The translations under genes and the position numbers were made by a program. Below the pieces are notes generated by a model. It worked only from the letters and a program-made list of their open reading frames with translations, made no database searches and was not told where the DNA came from. A stretch of DNA of 63,667 bases, the filler included, from Octopus bimaculoides (lineage: Eukaryota), in assembly GCF_001194135.2 (NCBI RefSeq). It is 7 parts of 7 records of this genome, joined end to end, with 100 filler letters (N's around TTAATTAATTAA, not from the genome) between each part and the next. Parts side by side here need not be neighbours in the genome. Positions count along the whole stretch, not along the records: positions 50,071 to 57,834 come from NC_069007.1; positions 57,935 to 60,493 come from NC_068985.1; positions 60,594 to 63,667 come from NC_069003.1; 4 more parts are not named here. The stretch is one strand, 5' to 3'. Below are positions 51,124-62,844 of this stretch, piece after piece (positions within the stretch are counted from its first letter, which is position 1; each line of letters opens with the position of its first letter).

Positions 51124-51196
51124 GGCCCGATAACTGAAGAGATGCTGGTGTGGGTTTCCGCCCCGACATCCGAAACTCGGAGTTTTATCATGGCTA
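51124..51196 (+). ncRNA. Type I hammerhead ribozyme candidate
   Basis: Stem I GATAA(51129-33)/TTATC(51185-89) plus TGGCC/GGCTA extension; core CTGAAGA (51134-40); stem II 51141-51170 (13 bp, 2 mismatches); GAAA (51172-75); stem III ACTC-G-GAGT; cleavage triplet GTT ending at 51184. Confidence 0.75.
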
Positions 51197-51537
51197 CCGA
51201 ATAATTGCCACATATTATATTTACAGATAAAAGCCTCTATTTACGTAATATCGAGGTCTCTTTCATTCTTTTGTTGTCTTGCCATTTCTATCAATATGTA
51301 TACATATATATACACGCTCACACACACACACACACACACAAATATATATGCGTATACAGATACATATATATATATAGATATAAACATATATATATACATA
51401 TATATATGTATATATATATGTGTNNNNNNNNNNNNNNNNNNNNNNNNNNNNNNNNNNNNNNNNNNNNNNNNNNNNNNNNNNNNNNNNNNNNNNNNNNNNN
51501 NNNNNNNNNNNNNNNNNNNNNNNNNNNNNNNNNNNNN

Positions 51538-51598
<61 letters not shown>

Positions 51599-52057
51599 CA
51601 TACATACATACATACATGCATACATACATACATACATACATAGTAGATGAAAAAGTGATTATCCGCCATTTAGTTATAAAACGTCTTAAACGATGATTTT
51701 TTTTCTAAGTGTTATCTTCGTTTCCATAGCAATTCAAGAGCATGTTGGCAGCATCTAAAATGCTATTATTTCTACAATTCTGTGAGTTGGTTCCTCTGTC
51801 AGTAAAACTATTTTGTGTAGGCAGGAAATGACAGCGATAATATGATTGAAGATTTATGGTGAACAAAAGTATATTTCAAATGCAATGAGGATAATTTATT
51901 ATTTACACTTTGATTTACGGCTTGAGTTTATAAATACGAGGAAAATAAAGAATTTGATACATATAGTAGAGTTTTGTTGTATCTTGGGCGGTTCACCACG
52001 CCAGTAATAAACACTCGCACTGTTTCAATTTCACTTCTTTACTATTACAAATTTGTT

Positions 52058-52338
52058 GGCGATCTTTCGGTACTAGATCCCATAACCTCCGGTCGTTGTG
52101 CGCACGCATACTGATTACATTATCGTATAGTGTGCTTATGTTTTTAAATGACTTGAAAATATGAAACACAACATTAAATAGAAAAGAAAAAATTATTGGC
52201 CCACTAAACTCAAACTTCCTCCCCTCAGATTCATACAGTTCTCAACCTTTAAACACATAAACACACTATTCGATGATGTAATCAGTATGCGTGCGCACTA
52301 CGACCAGAAGTTATGGGATCTAGTACTGAAAGATCGCC
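52058..52338. mobile_element. 281-bp MITE with ~83-bp TIRs and 9-bp TSD (Merlin- or Mutator-like)
   Basis: Termini GGCGATCTTTC...GAAAGATCGCC, about 7 mismatches in the TIR; perfect TSD AAATTTGTT at 52049-52057 and 52339-52347. Confidence 0.9.
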
Positions 52339-52642
52339 AAATTTGTTTTGTTATGTAACCAATTGACTAATCGATCTCTTGCTTAAGCAGTCGATTAAAC
52401 AATTTTTCACTTGTATGTCAAAGCCCTTTCGTTGCCTTTTGGGACCTCACCATTGCCCTCTGATTAATAAAGAGATCGATTAATTGATTGGTTAAATAAC
52501 TAACCAACTGAAAAAAATAATACAGAAGAGAAAATAATACAGTGCGTGTGTTTCTAACTGGCGTAATTACCCTCCCAAGATGTGTCTGAGCACCCGCGTT
52601 CTCACCCAGAATCATGCAAACCAAGTGCAAAAACGAAATATT

Positions 52643-52734
52643 GTAGATATTCTTTTATTAAAAGTAGATATTCTTTTATTAAAAGTAGATATTCTTTTAT
52701 TAAAAGTAGATATTCTTTTATTAAAAGTAGATAT
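52643..52734 (+). repeat. 21-bp minisatellite (TAGATATTCTTTTATTAAAAG)n
   Basis: At least 4 identical units running into the N gap. Confidence 0.93.
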
Positions 52735-54164
52735 NNNNNNNNNNNNNNNNNNNNNNNNNNNNNNNNNNNNNNNNNNNNNNNNNNNNNNNNNNNNNNNNNN
52801 NNNNNNNNNNNNNNNNNNNNNNNNNNNNNNNNNNNNNNNNNNNNNNNNNNNNNNNNNNNNNNNNNNNNNNNNNNNNNNNNNNNNNNNNNNNNNNNNNNNN
52901 NNNNNNNNNNNNNNNNNNNNNNNNNNNNNNNNNNNNNNNNNNNNNNNNNNNNNNNNNNNNNNNNNNNNNNNNNNNNNNNNNNNNNNNNNNNNNNNNNNNN
53001 NNNNNNNNNNNNNNNNNNNNNNNNNNNNNNNNNNNNNNNNNNNNNNNNNNNNNNNNNNNNNNNNNNNNNNNNNNNNNNNNNNNNNNNNNNNNNNNNNNNN
53101 NNNNNNNNNNNNNNNNNNNNNNNNNNNNNNNNNNNNNNNNNNNNNNNNNNNNNNNNNNNNNNNNNNNNNNNNNNNNNNNNNNNNNNNNNNNNNNNNNNNN
53201 NNNNNNNNNNNNNNNNNNNNNNNNNNNNNNNNNNNNNNNNNNNNNNNNNNNNNNNNNNNNNNNNNNNNNNNNNNNNNNNNNNNNNNNNNNNNNNNNNNNN
53301 NNNNNNNNNNNNNNNNNNNNNNNNNNNNNNNNNNNNNNNNNNNNNNNNNNNNNNNNNNNNNNNNNNNNNNNNNNNNNNNNNNNNNNNNNNNNNNNNNNNN
53401 NNNNNNNNNNNNNNNNNNNNNNNNNNNNNNNNNNNNNNNNNNNNNNNNNNNNNNNNNNNNNNNNNNNNNNNNNNNNNNNNNNNNNNNNNNNNNNNNNNNN
53501 NNNNNNNNNNNNNNNNNNNNNNNNNNNNNNNNNNNNNNNNNNNNNNNNNNNNNNNNNNNNNATGTAGTCACAATATTTAACCAATGAATATCCCGTCTGC
53601 TTGTCGCCTGATACTTTTCAAAGTTATTTGACTGCTATTTCTAGCTCGTCAGTATAGTAGAAAAGCAAATTAAAGTCGGAGTCCAGAGTCGAAGATTAGT
53701 CAAATTCTTAAAGTATCCAATGGAATTTTTCATGATGTCTGAAATTGCGATGCGGCCTGATACAGCCTTTGTTTTTGTCAACATCGGTAGTGTGAGCAGC
53801 GGGCACAGGTATCGCATAACAGTTCCGTAACAGAAACACCTTGTCCATGTATGTATGCTTAAATGTGCGTGTGCTTGTGTGGATGTATGAAAGTATCGCT
53901 ATAGGGAGTAGATAGACAGCCAACAACTGATGAAGAGTCCGTCTTTCTATTCTTTCTAGTATTTGTCTTGTTCTCCATTTTTTGTTTCTGTCGTTATTTG
54001 CGTTTTTAACCCATTTGTTTTCGTATTTCATGTTGTTTATTGTTGGTGACGTCCTGTACCCATATATGCATATATATATATATATATAATATTATATATG
54101 ATATCGTAGTTATGAGTTCATGTTGAACAGGTATGTACTGTATTCATGTAATATAAATTATAAC

Positions 54165-54195
<31 letters not shown>

Positions 54196-55184
54196 NNNNN
54201 NNNNNNNNNNNNNNNNNNNNNNNNNNNNNNNNNNNNNNNNNNNNNNNNNNNNNNNNNNNNNNNNNNNNNNNNNNNNNNNNNNNNNNNNNNNNNNNNNNNN
54301 NNNNNNNNNNNNNNNNNNNNNNNNNNNNNNNNNNNNNNNNNNNNNNNNNNNNNNNNNNNNNNNNNNNNNNNNNNNNNNNNNNNNNNNNNNNNNNNNNNNN
54401 NNNNNNNNNNNNNNNNNNNNNNNNNNNNNNNNNNNNNNNNNNNNNNNNNNNNNNNNNNNNNNNNNNNNNNNNNNNNNNNNNNNNNNNNNNNNNNNNNNNN
54501 NNNNNNNNNNNNNNNNNNNNNNNNNNNNNNNNNNNNNNNNNNNNNNNNNNNNNNNNNNNNNNNNNNNNNNNNNNNNNNNNNNNNNNNNNNNNNNNNNNNN
54601 NNNNNNNNNNNNNNNNNNNNNNNNNNNNNNNNNNNNNNNNNNNNNNNNNNNNNNNNNNNNNNNNNNNNNNNNNNNNNNNNNNNNNNNNNNNNNNNNNNNN
54701 NNNNNNNNNNNNNNNNNNNNNNNNNNNNNNNNNNNNNNNNNNNNNNNNNNNNNNNNNNNNNNNNNNNNNNNNNNNNNNNNNNNNNNNNNNNNNNNNNNNN
54801 NNNNNNNNNNNNNNNNNNNNNNNNNNNNNNNNNNNNNNNNNNNNNNNNNNNNNNNNNNNNNNNNNNNNNNNNNNNNNNNNNNNNNNNNNNNNNNNNNNNN
54901 NNNNNNNNNNNNNNNNNNNNNNNNNNNNNNNNNNNNNNNNNNNNNNNNNNNNNNNNNNNNNNNNNNNNNNNNNNNNNNNNNNNNNNNNNNNNNNNNNNNN
55001 NNNNNNNNNNNNNNNNNNNNNNNNNNNNNNNNNNNNNNNNNNNNNNNNNNNNNNNNNNNNNNNNNNNNNNNNNNNNNNNNNNNNNNNNNNNNNNNNNNNN
55101 NNNNNNNNNNNNNNNNNNNNNNNNNNNNNNNNNNNNNNNNNNNNNNNNNNNNNNNNNNNNNNNNNNNNNNNNNNNNNNNNNNNN

Positions 55185-55345
55185 GTCTTTCAGTTTCCGG
55201 CTACCAAATCCACTCGCAAGGATTTGGGTGGCCCGAGGCTATAGTAGAAGACACTTGTCCAAGCTGCCACGCAATGGTACTGAACCCGGAACAATGTGGT
55301 TGGGAACCAAGTTTCTTACCACAAAGCCACTCCTTTGTATGCAGT
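55185..55345 (-). mobile_element. SINE family B, 5' half
   Basis: Reverse complement aligns to the 43356 head. Confidence 0.82.
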
Positions 55346-55634
55346 AGCTATACAATTAGCGTGTGTCTGTGTGTGTCTGTGTGTGTCTGTGTGTCTGTGT
55401 GTGTAAGATATATTTTGAAGATGTTGTTTGACAAGTCGTTTTATCGTTTTTATGCTGAAACTAAAACAACTGCTGCGTGAAAGACACAAGGTTATCCTTC
55501 AAAAATATACAAAGGCCGTTAACTTCACTTAAATATTTATCATTTGGTGTCCAAAATGTAGTAAATGTTTAAGCGAAGCAAACAGTTTTGTTTGAATAGT
55601 TAATAAGAGTTTTCTACACTGTAATTGATATATA

Positions 55635-56391
55635 CAGGGTGAGGTGGGTAAATTGTCGCCATTTCATATTTTCAATTTCGCGCGTGCACGTTGTTTGGTT
55701 TTGATTCTGTCGACTACACAGTATAGTGGGGTCAGCTGGGCACCGTCTGTGAGAAAAACAGCACCACTATACCTGAGAAAAACGCAATTCACGCAATTTA
55801 CTCTACCAGAAATTTGGAAACGACATGTACTGCTCGGCATTCGCGCTGAAGGCTCCAATACGAACGTTTCAAAGTGTTTGGATGTCAATCTGAGGACAGT
55901 GGAGAGGATTCGGAAAGAAGTGGATGAGTCTAGTGGTCATTACGAAGCTAGAAAAACTCACGCTGATCGTTCTGATAAGAAAAAAGCTCCTGAATTTGTT
56001 GGTGAGATCCAGGCCATGATTGACAGCGATCCCTCCAAGTCAATGAGGTCCATCGCCCGGGGCATGGCAGTGTCTGAGTTTCTTATCAGGCAGGTAGTGC
56101 ATGAAGACATTCAGTAATCCTCATACAAGATGAGAAAAAGGCCAGTTTTTATCTCAAGCCATCAAGGACAATAGTAAAGAACGTGCTACGAAGCTTTTGA
56201 ACAAACTCAAACATCCCCCTCCAACCGAACATGCTTTGGTTTTTCTCTCAGACGAGAAAAGTTTCCGCCAGGATCAGATGGTGAACACACAGAACAACCG
56301 TTGGCTTGCCGTGTCACCAAAACATGTACCGAGAATGATAAAAAATCAAACATCGAGTCAACATCCTGGTATTTCGAGTGATGCACTGAAG
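55635..56391 (+). mobile_element. Tc1/mariner maT-like (DD37D-type) transposon, 5' half
   Basis: TA|CAGGGTGAGGTGGGTAAATTGTCGCC terminus; paired-HTH region (RTVERIRK...DPSKSMRSIARGMAVS) and FLSDEKSF...NTQNNRW (first D). The rest is in the gap, so D spacing is inferred from similarity. Confidence 0.8.
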
Positions 56392-57368
56392 NNNNNNNNN
56401 NNNNNNNNNNNNNNNNNNNNNNNNNNNNNNNNNNNNNNNNNNNNNNNNNNNNNNNNNNNNNNNNNNNNNNNNNNNNNNNNNNNNNNNNNNNNNNNNNNNN
56501 NNNNNNNNNNNNNNNNNNNNNNNNNNNNNNNNNNNNNNNNNNNNNNNNNNNNNNNNNNNNNNNNNNNNNNNNNNNNNNNNNNNNNNNNNNNNNNNNNNNN
56601 NNNNNNNNNNNNNNNNNNNNNNNNNNNNNNNNNNNNNNNNNNNNNNNNNNNNNNNNNNNNNNNNNNNNNNNNNNNNNNNNNNNNNNNNNNNNNNNNNNNN
56701 NNNNNNNNNNNNNNNNNNNNNNNNNNNATATATATATATATAGTATTGTGTGCGGGAGGGGGTATAAAAATAACAACAGTGAATTAAAAGCACTGCAAGC
56801 TGTTTTTATATTCGCAGATGTTTTAGTAAAAATAAGACGAAAATAGTTCTGAGGAAATTTAAAGAAATGAAAAAGAGAACAGTTTCATAAACAAAAATCA
56901 TGCAGCAAAATTTTTTTAAATTCACAGAAAAAAAGCATCGAATTTTTAGTAAGATATTTGTAATACTTTTTAACTTTCACAATGAGAAAATTTTGCTGAG
57001 TTTTTCTATTACAAGAGTTTTTCTATTATCGATATATAGATTAGAAATTTAGAATTCTGTCTTCACGTAAAAGATAATCCAACCTTATACTTATATTTGA
57101 AGTACAACCGTTCAATTCTCACACAAAAGATTGCCACATTTTATTCTGAACCGGTTTTCACTCTGATACTTACAGTATCGTGTATAGATGTTTCCTTTCA
57201 ATTTATTTCGCACGTGATTGTGTTAGTTTTGAAAAAATCTGCCATTTTCATAAAAACTTTCCAGTTAATGTCGCTTATATTTTTCCATATATAAAGATAG
57301 TAATTCAGGTAAACACAATTGACAAATACATACATACATACATACATACATACATACCTACCTACCTG

Positions 57369-57529
57369 TAGGAAAAGCCGTGAAATATGACAACCGATGC
57401 AGACATTGTGGAGTTCAGATTGAAGATATAATCCACATCATAAGTAACTATCCGGAAATGTCATAACGGTATTACACGACGTTGTAGCTAGGACACTCTA
57501 TAATGAAATCCGTCGGAAGGATAATCCCG
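57369..57529 (+). mobile_element. Internal fragment of the same R4/Dong family as 1279-4206
   Basis: GKAVKYDNRCRHCGVQIEDIIHIISNYPEM...HDVVARTLYNEIRRKDNP (zinc knuckle); preceded by (CATA)n. Confidence 0.85.
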
Positions 57530-57615
57530 ATGTTGGGTGGAAACAAACACAGACACACAAACGTATTCACACACACACACACACTCACACTCACACATCT
57601 ATATATATATATACA

Positions 57616-57779
57616 CGACGGGCTTCTTTCAGTTTCCGTCTACCAAATCTACTCACAAGGTTTTTGGTTGGCCCGAGGCTATAGCAGAAGACATTTGCCC
57701 AAGGTGCAACGCAGTGGAACTGAACCCGGAACCATGTGGTTGGTAAGCAAGCTACTTACCACACAGCCACTCCTGCGCC
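57616..57779 (-). mobile_element. SINE family B, 5' half, low divergence
   Basis: Near-identical reverse complement of 43356-43520. Confidence 0.88.
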
Positions 57780-57940
57780 TATGTACATTTTTTGTATTAA
57801 ACGTATTTAATATTTTCTGTAGATCGACCTATCTNNNNNNNNNNNNNNNNNNNNNNNNNNNNNNNNNNNNNNNNNNNNTTAATTAATTAANNNNNNNNNN
57901 NNNNNNNNNNNNNNNNNNNNNNNNNNNNNNNNNNGATTAT

Positions 57941-58150
57941 ATGTCTGTGCACACGTTTGAATGTGGTGTGTGCCAGAGGGTTTGCAAATCCAATGGGGGT
58001 CTTAAAAGACATGTTAGGATCCACAATGAGCAGAACTTACTTGCAGGTATTGGTAGTGCAAATCAGAGGTGCAATCTGTGTGGGTGTTTTTTCAAAACAC
58101 TGTCTGGTTTAAAAAGCCACATCAGACGCCATGAAAGGGCTAAGGTGTAG
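57941..58150 (+). other. Two C2H2 zinc fingers, probably the C-terminus of a LINE ORF
   Basis: CGVC...GGLKRHVRIH and CNLC...SGLKSHIRRH with no TGEKP linker. The stop is followed by a short UTR and a TATG/TA-rich tail; upstream is a gap. Confidence 0.6.
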
Positions 58151-58221
58151 GTGCAGGAGGTGGTCAAACTCTGTTTAAGGAGTAGACAACCACCATGTAT
58201 GTATATATACATATATACACA

Positions 58222-59485
58222 CAGGTTCCCTGCAGATAAATTGAGACAACTTTTACAATACATAAAAACTGGTTATAAATACTAAAATAATGGTAGTAGA
58301 CAGATATAATTTTAATGTAACATTTATTACAACAAAAACATTTATCACTCAATATGGCTGCCCTTTCAGGCAATTACTACCTCTATACAAGATCAAAATC
58401 TTTTTTGCATCTTTTGCAACCTCCACCTTTTTGATTTTATGTGTCGCATACACAATGCAAGTTTTCAAACTGTTGACACTTGAGTGTGTTGAAGCATTGA
58501 TCCTTGCTTGCAGTACACCCATAAAATGTAATCAAGAAGGTTGAAGTCTGGGCTATTACTGGACCAGATTTTGACTCTCACAAAAAATGGCACCTTCTCA
58601 CCAAGTAAGGCCTGTGTTGCTTTTGACCAATGGTATTGTGCAGAATCCTGGATAAGCAATGCATTGTCAAGCCCAAACTTCTGCTCCATCCAAACCCAAG
58701 GTAATAGAGGATATCCAGATAACTCCTTTGTGCTCATCCTCAAACCAGACTCAATGAAGTGTGGATCCATGACACTTCCAGCACTCACCACAGCTCCAAA
58801 TACCATCACAGAAACAGGATTCTTAGTCTGAAACACAGTGGGGACGTCAGGGGGGTTGTATGCAATCACTTGACAATTTCTGCAATTCACTTCAGCATCC
58901 ATAGTGAACTTCTTCTCATCCACAAATATGAGAGTTTTTCCTGCATTTCAATGCTTGAGGAATGACAGAAGCTTTGGACATCTCTCAGCTCTGATTGATT
59001 TGGCTTTGGATGTGACAGCACCATCGAACATACCAGGGTTCCTGTTCACAGCTCTGGACACTGTGGAAAGGGACATATTGTGTTTCTATGCAAGAGTCAT
59101 CATAGATGTGGATGGGTTGGCTTTAATCGACCATTTGAGGCCAGCAAGAAACTTTGGGTTACACTTGGAATCACTTTGAGTCTTGTGCTCTTTTCTATTA
59201 ATGTTTCCCTCTTCTTTAAATTGTTTATACAAATGATAAACTGTTGCTCCTAGAAGTTTTATCAACTTAACAATTTTATTCGCATTGTGTCCAGTACGCA
59301 CCAAAACAACAATGGCAGAATGATTCTGTTGTTCCATGATTTTCTGTTGTTGAATCAGTTTGCTATTTACCTGAGAAATAGAGGAGGATTAGATTTTCAA
59401 GTAAGCAAGTTTTAAAAAAAAATGAAATGTTAAACCCACTAAGCCAACTGCTTAACTTGGTCTCAATTTATATGCAAGAATCTTT
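58222..59485 (-). mobile_element. Full-length decayed maT (DD37D) Tc1/mariner transposon
   Basis: ATG 59337; FVDEKKF, QDSA, and NSPDFNLLDY with exactly 37 residues between the second and third D. Imperfect TIRs CAGGTTCCCTGCAGATAAATTGAGAC (58222) and GTCTCAATTTATATGCAAGAATCT (~59460-59483). Confidence 0.88.
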
Positions 59486-59514
59486 ATGAATGTGTGTTTG
59501 TATGTGTATATATA

Positions 59515-59724
59515 TAAGCTTAAAGCTTAAAGCTTATAAACAATCACTTTGTGATGACTAAAAAGAATAGTCTAATAATGAGGCCTTTAAGCTCTCAACA
59601 GAAAAAGTAGATTTTCTGGTATGCATGGGAAAACCTACTTTTTTCCATCGAGGGTTTATATTCCCCAATATTAGACTATTTTCTTTAGTCATTGCATGGA
59701 GATTGCCTATAAGCTTTAAGCTTA
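59515..59724. mobile_element. ~210-bp palindromic (foldback) MITE
   Basis: Arms AAGCTTAAAGCTTATA, ATGACTAAA..AATAGTCTAATA and AAAAAGTAG.TTTTC mirrored around an ATGCAT centre. Confidence 0.8.
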
Positions 59725-59790
59725 TAAAATACTATTATTATTATCTATAGAATTGTAAAAATCCACATTGCTTAACAAAAACCATCGCAT

Positions 59791-59836
59791 CAACCCATGC
59801 TAGCATGGAAAGCGGACGTTAAACGATGATGATGAT
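59791..59836 (+). mobile_element. Very short 3' end of the RTE LINE
   Basis: CAACCCATGCTAGCATGGAAAGCGGACGTTAAACGATGATGATG is the reverse complement of 47105-47148. Confidence 0.85.
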
Positions 59837-60593
59837 ATATATATTTGATTAATAAATTCAAAAAAGGATAAAAATCTTTTACAAAAATTTTATCAGGAAG
59901 CCAGTGTATAAAAAAATTCATAAGAGAAATTTCTATTCCCAAGAATATAATTATTTGTTTATAATTATATAAGGGCATTACTACAGAATAATGCCACACA
60001 CTAGACTTCCCAAATAAACACATTTTAGTACCAAATGCGAGGAAAACGACCAACAGAAGAAACCAACTTTCTTTTAAATAACTCAACTATGTATCGACTG
60101 ATTTTGCGATTACTAGAATGAAATCTAGTTTCCGTTCATCAGCATAGTATAGTACAAAAAATATATATAAATAAACAAAATCCTCACCTCACCAAAACGA
60201 ACACTATGTATCCGACAAAGCAAAGGGAATGAAGTTTATCTGTATATATCTTCATAAAGAAGCGGGAAACTTTCTGGGTTGTTCTAGGTACACGTGTGCA
60301 AATCGGAATAAATTTTGTAATTCCTAGGTATTGTACCTGACTTTACTCATCAGAAGAATGACAGTAGGATTGCTCACTCTAAGCAATCATTGATGTTTAT
60401 TACTTTTTGGAACCTGGAATATACCTAAGTGCTATTATGGTACTCACCTGGATAATTTACCCATATATATACTCATCTTATATATATATATATNNNNNNN
60501 NNNNNNNNNNNNNNNNNNNNNNNNNNNNNNNNNNNNNTTAATTAATTAANNNNNNNNNNNNNNNNNNNNNNNNNNNNNNNNNNNNNNNNNNNN

Positions 60594-60745
60594 GTAACTT
60601 AGCGGTTCGGGAAAAGAGAACCGATAGAATAAGTACTAGGCTTCCAAAGAATAAGTCCTGGGGTCGATTTGCTCGACTAAAGGCGGTGCTCCAGCATGGC
60701 CACAGTCAAATGACTGAAACAAGTAAAAGAGTAAAAGAGTAAAAG
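60594..60745 (+). mobile_element. SINE family B, 3' half
   Basis: Near-identical to 43625-43765, with a (GTAAAAGA)n tail. Confidence 0.88.
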
Positions 60746-61093
60746 ACACACCTACATACATATTTATAAATACGCACACACACACACACACTCAGTTTAA
60801 GGAACACATTGCTCTGCTTATTTCATTCTCTTTCAGTTTTCTATGCCACATGATCACTAATTGGTGTATGTATGCATGTATGTATGTATGCATGAATGTA
60901 TGTATGTATGTATGTATGTATGTGTGTATGTATGTGTGTGTGTATCAGAGAAAGAGAGAGTGAGAGAGAAAGGGAAAGGGTGAGAGAGTGAGAGAGAGAG
61001 AGACATACACGTGTTTGATGACATTTACAGCAGTCACCGGTATCGTAAAAAACCCCGCCTTGTACCCACCACCACCACCACCACCACAAATCG

Positions 61094-61127
<34 letters not shown>

Positions 61128-61560
61128 GATAATGAATGATAATAATATAAGCATTAACAATACCACCACTACCATCACTGCCACCGTCATCATCACAATC
61201 ACTAACACTTGTAGTGAGGCATAAAAACACCTCAAACTTACCGCCACCACCACCACCACCACCACCACCACCANNNNNNNNNNNNNNNNNNNNNNNNNNN
61301 NNNNNNNNNNNNNNNNNNNNNNNNNNNNNNNNNNNNNNNNNNNNNNNNNNNNNNNNNNNNNNNNNNNNNNNNNNNNNNNNNNNNNNNNNNNNNNNNNNNN
61401 NNNNNNNNNNNNNNNNNNNNNNNNNNNNNNNNNNNNNNNNNNNNNNNNNNNNNNNNNNNNNNNNNNNNNNNTAAAAAAAATCTATGGACCCACTTTGATT
61501 ACTATTTTATTCTGGTTAACCTCTCAAACCCATTCGATGCTTAAAAACTAGTTTTATCAC

Positions 61561-61760
61561 GCCAGGTGAAATGCTTAGCGGTATTTCGTCTGCCGTTACG
61601 TTCTGAGTTCAAATTCCGCCGAGGTCGACTTTGCCTTTCATCCTTTCGGGGTCGATAAATTAAGTACCAGTTACGCATTGGAGTCGATGTAATCGACTTA
61701 ATCCGTTTGTCTGTCCTTGTTTGTCCCCTCTATGTTTAGCCCCTTGTGGGTCGTAAAGAA
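61561..61760 (+). mobile_element. SINE family A, alternative tail
   Basis: GAGTTCAAATTCCGCCGAGGTCGACTTTGCCTTTCATCCTTTCGGGGTCGATAAATTAAGTACCAG...GCCCCTTGTGGG. Confidence 0.88.
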
Positions 61761-62039
61761 GTAAAGAAGTTTTATATACACTTCTTTCAAAAGTCCCATT
61801 TTTCCTTTCTCACATTCACTTGCGTTGGTTGAACCACATAAAACCTAGCTGTTTCTTGCAATACATACCTTTGCAAACATCTAAAGCAAAATTTCTTCAG
61901 GGGCCCTTAAAATACTATTGTGGATCCTCAATTTACTATATTGCTTGCGTGGATCTCCTTCGATTACTGTTCTTTTCTGGTGAACCCCCATAACCATTCC
62001 ATGTTTAAAAACTAGTTTTATAGAAACTTCTTTCAAAAT

Positions 62040-62215
62040 ACCGATGTACTTATTTCTGGCGTTTATTTCATCAACTTCCAAAAGGGATGAAAGGCAAAGT
62101 CGACCCACAGCGGAATTCGAACTTAGAACAGCAATGAGTTGGCACAAAAGACAGAAATATATACCTCAAAGGAATCTTTCCACGATGCTCTACCGATTCT
62201 GCCAACCCGCCGCCA
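62040..62215 (-). mobile_element. SINE family A, diverged
   Basis: GGATGAAAGGCAAAGTCGAC...GGAATTCGAACT is the reverse of the central block and B-box. Confidence 0.75.
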
Positions 62216-62505
62216 TGATTGAATCTAATAATAAAACCGGAAATAAACCGAAACAGAAGCGAACTGATACGTAAGAGTATGAAAATAAAATCTTGTTTCT
62301 GTTGTAAGAAGTCCAGCTGTCCGCTTGATGTCAACATTGTTAAGAAAACACGACCACGTCTTCTATAAATATACAACATTTAATAATTATGAGATTTGTA
62401 CGACTTGCGAATCTGAATGAATGAGCTATCTCATTTTATCTTATAGGTGCCTATCTTATCTTATCTTATAGGTGCCTATCTTATCTTATCTTATTTGTCT
62501 GTTTG

Positions 62506-62506
62506 G

Positions 62507-62572
<66 letters not shown>

Positions 62573-62580
62573 GTCTGTCC

Positions 62581-62670
<90 letters not shown>
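62506..62670. repeat. (CTAT)n/(CTGT)n microsatellite
   Basis: Direct reading. Confidence 0.95.
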
Positions 62671-62758
62671 AACCGAGTGAGTCTCTGTGTGTGTGTGCGC
62701 GTCTGTGTGCATGCGTATGTATGTAAGCGCACACAAATATTACATTCTGTTATATTTA

Positions 62759-62789
<31 letters not shown>

Positions 62790-62844
62790 CATACATACAT
62801 ACACACAGATATGTGTATGTGTGTGTGTGTGTGGTTCAAATTTA

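Noticed and set aside
53647-53810. 55-codon open frame with AG/GT boundaries
   Set aside because: The acceptor derives from a SINE D fragment (GACTGCTATTTCTAG), no recognisable protein, and the length is within chance.
53925-53960. CTGATGAAGAG hammerhead-like start
   Set aside because: No GAAA or stem III follows.
62440-62492. 25-bp tandem duplication (also 17985-18060, 9968-10003, 29838-29885, 24105-24192)
   Set aside because: Ordinary slippage duplications with no further structure.
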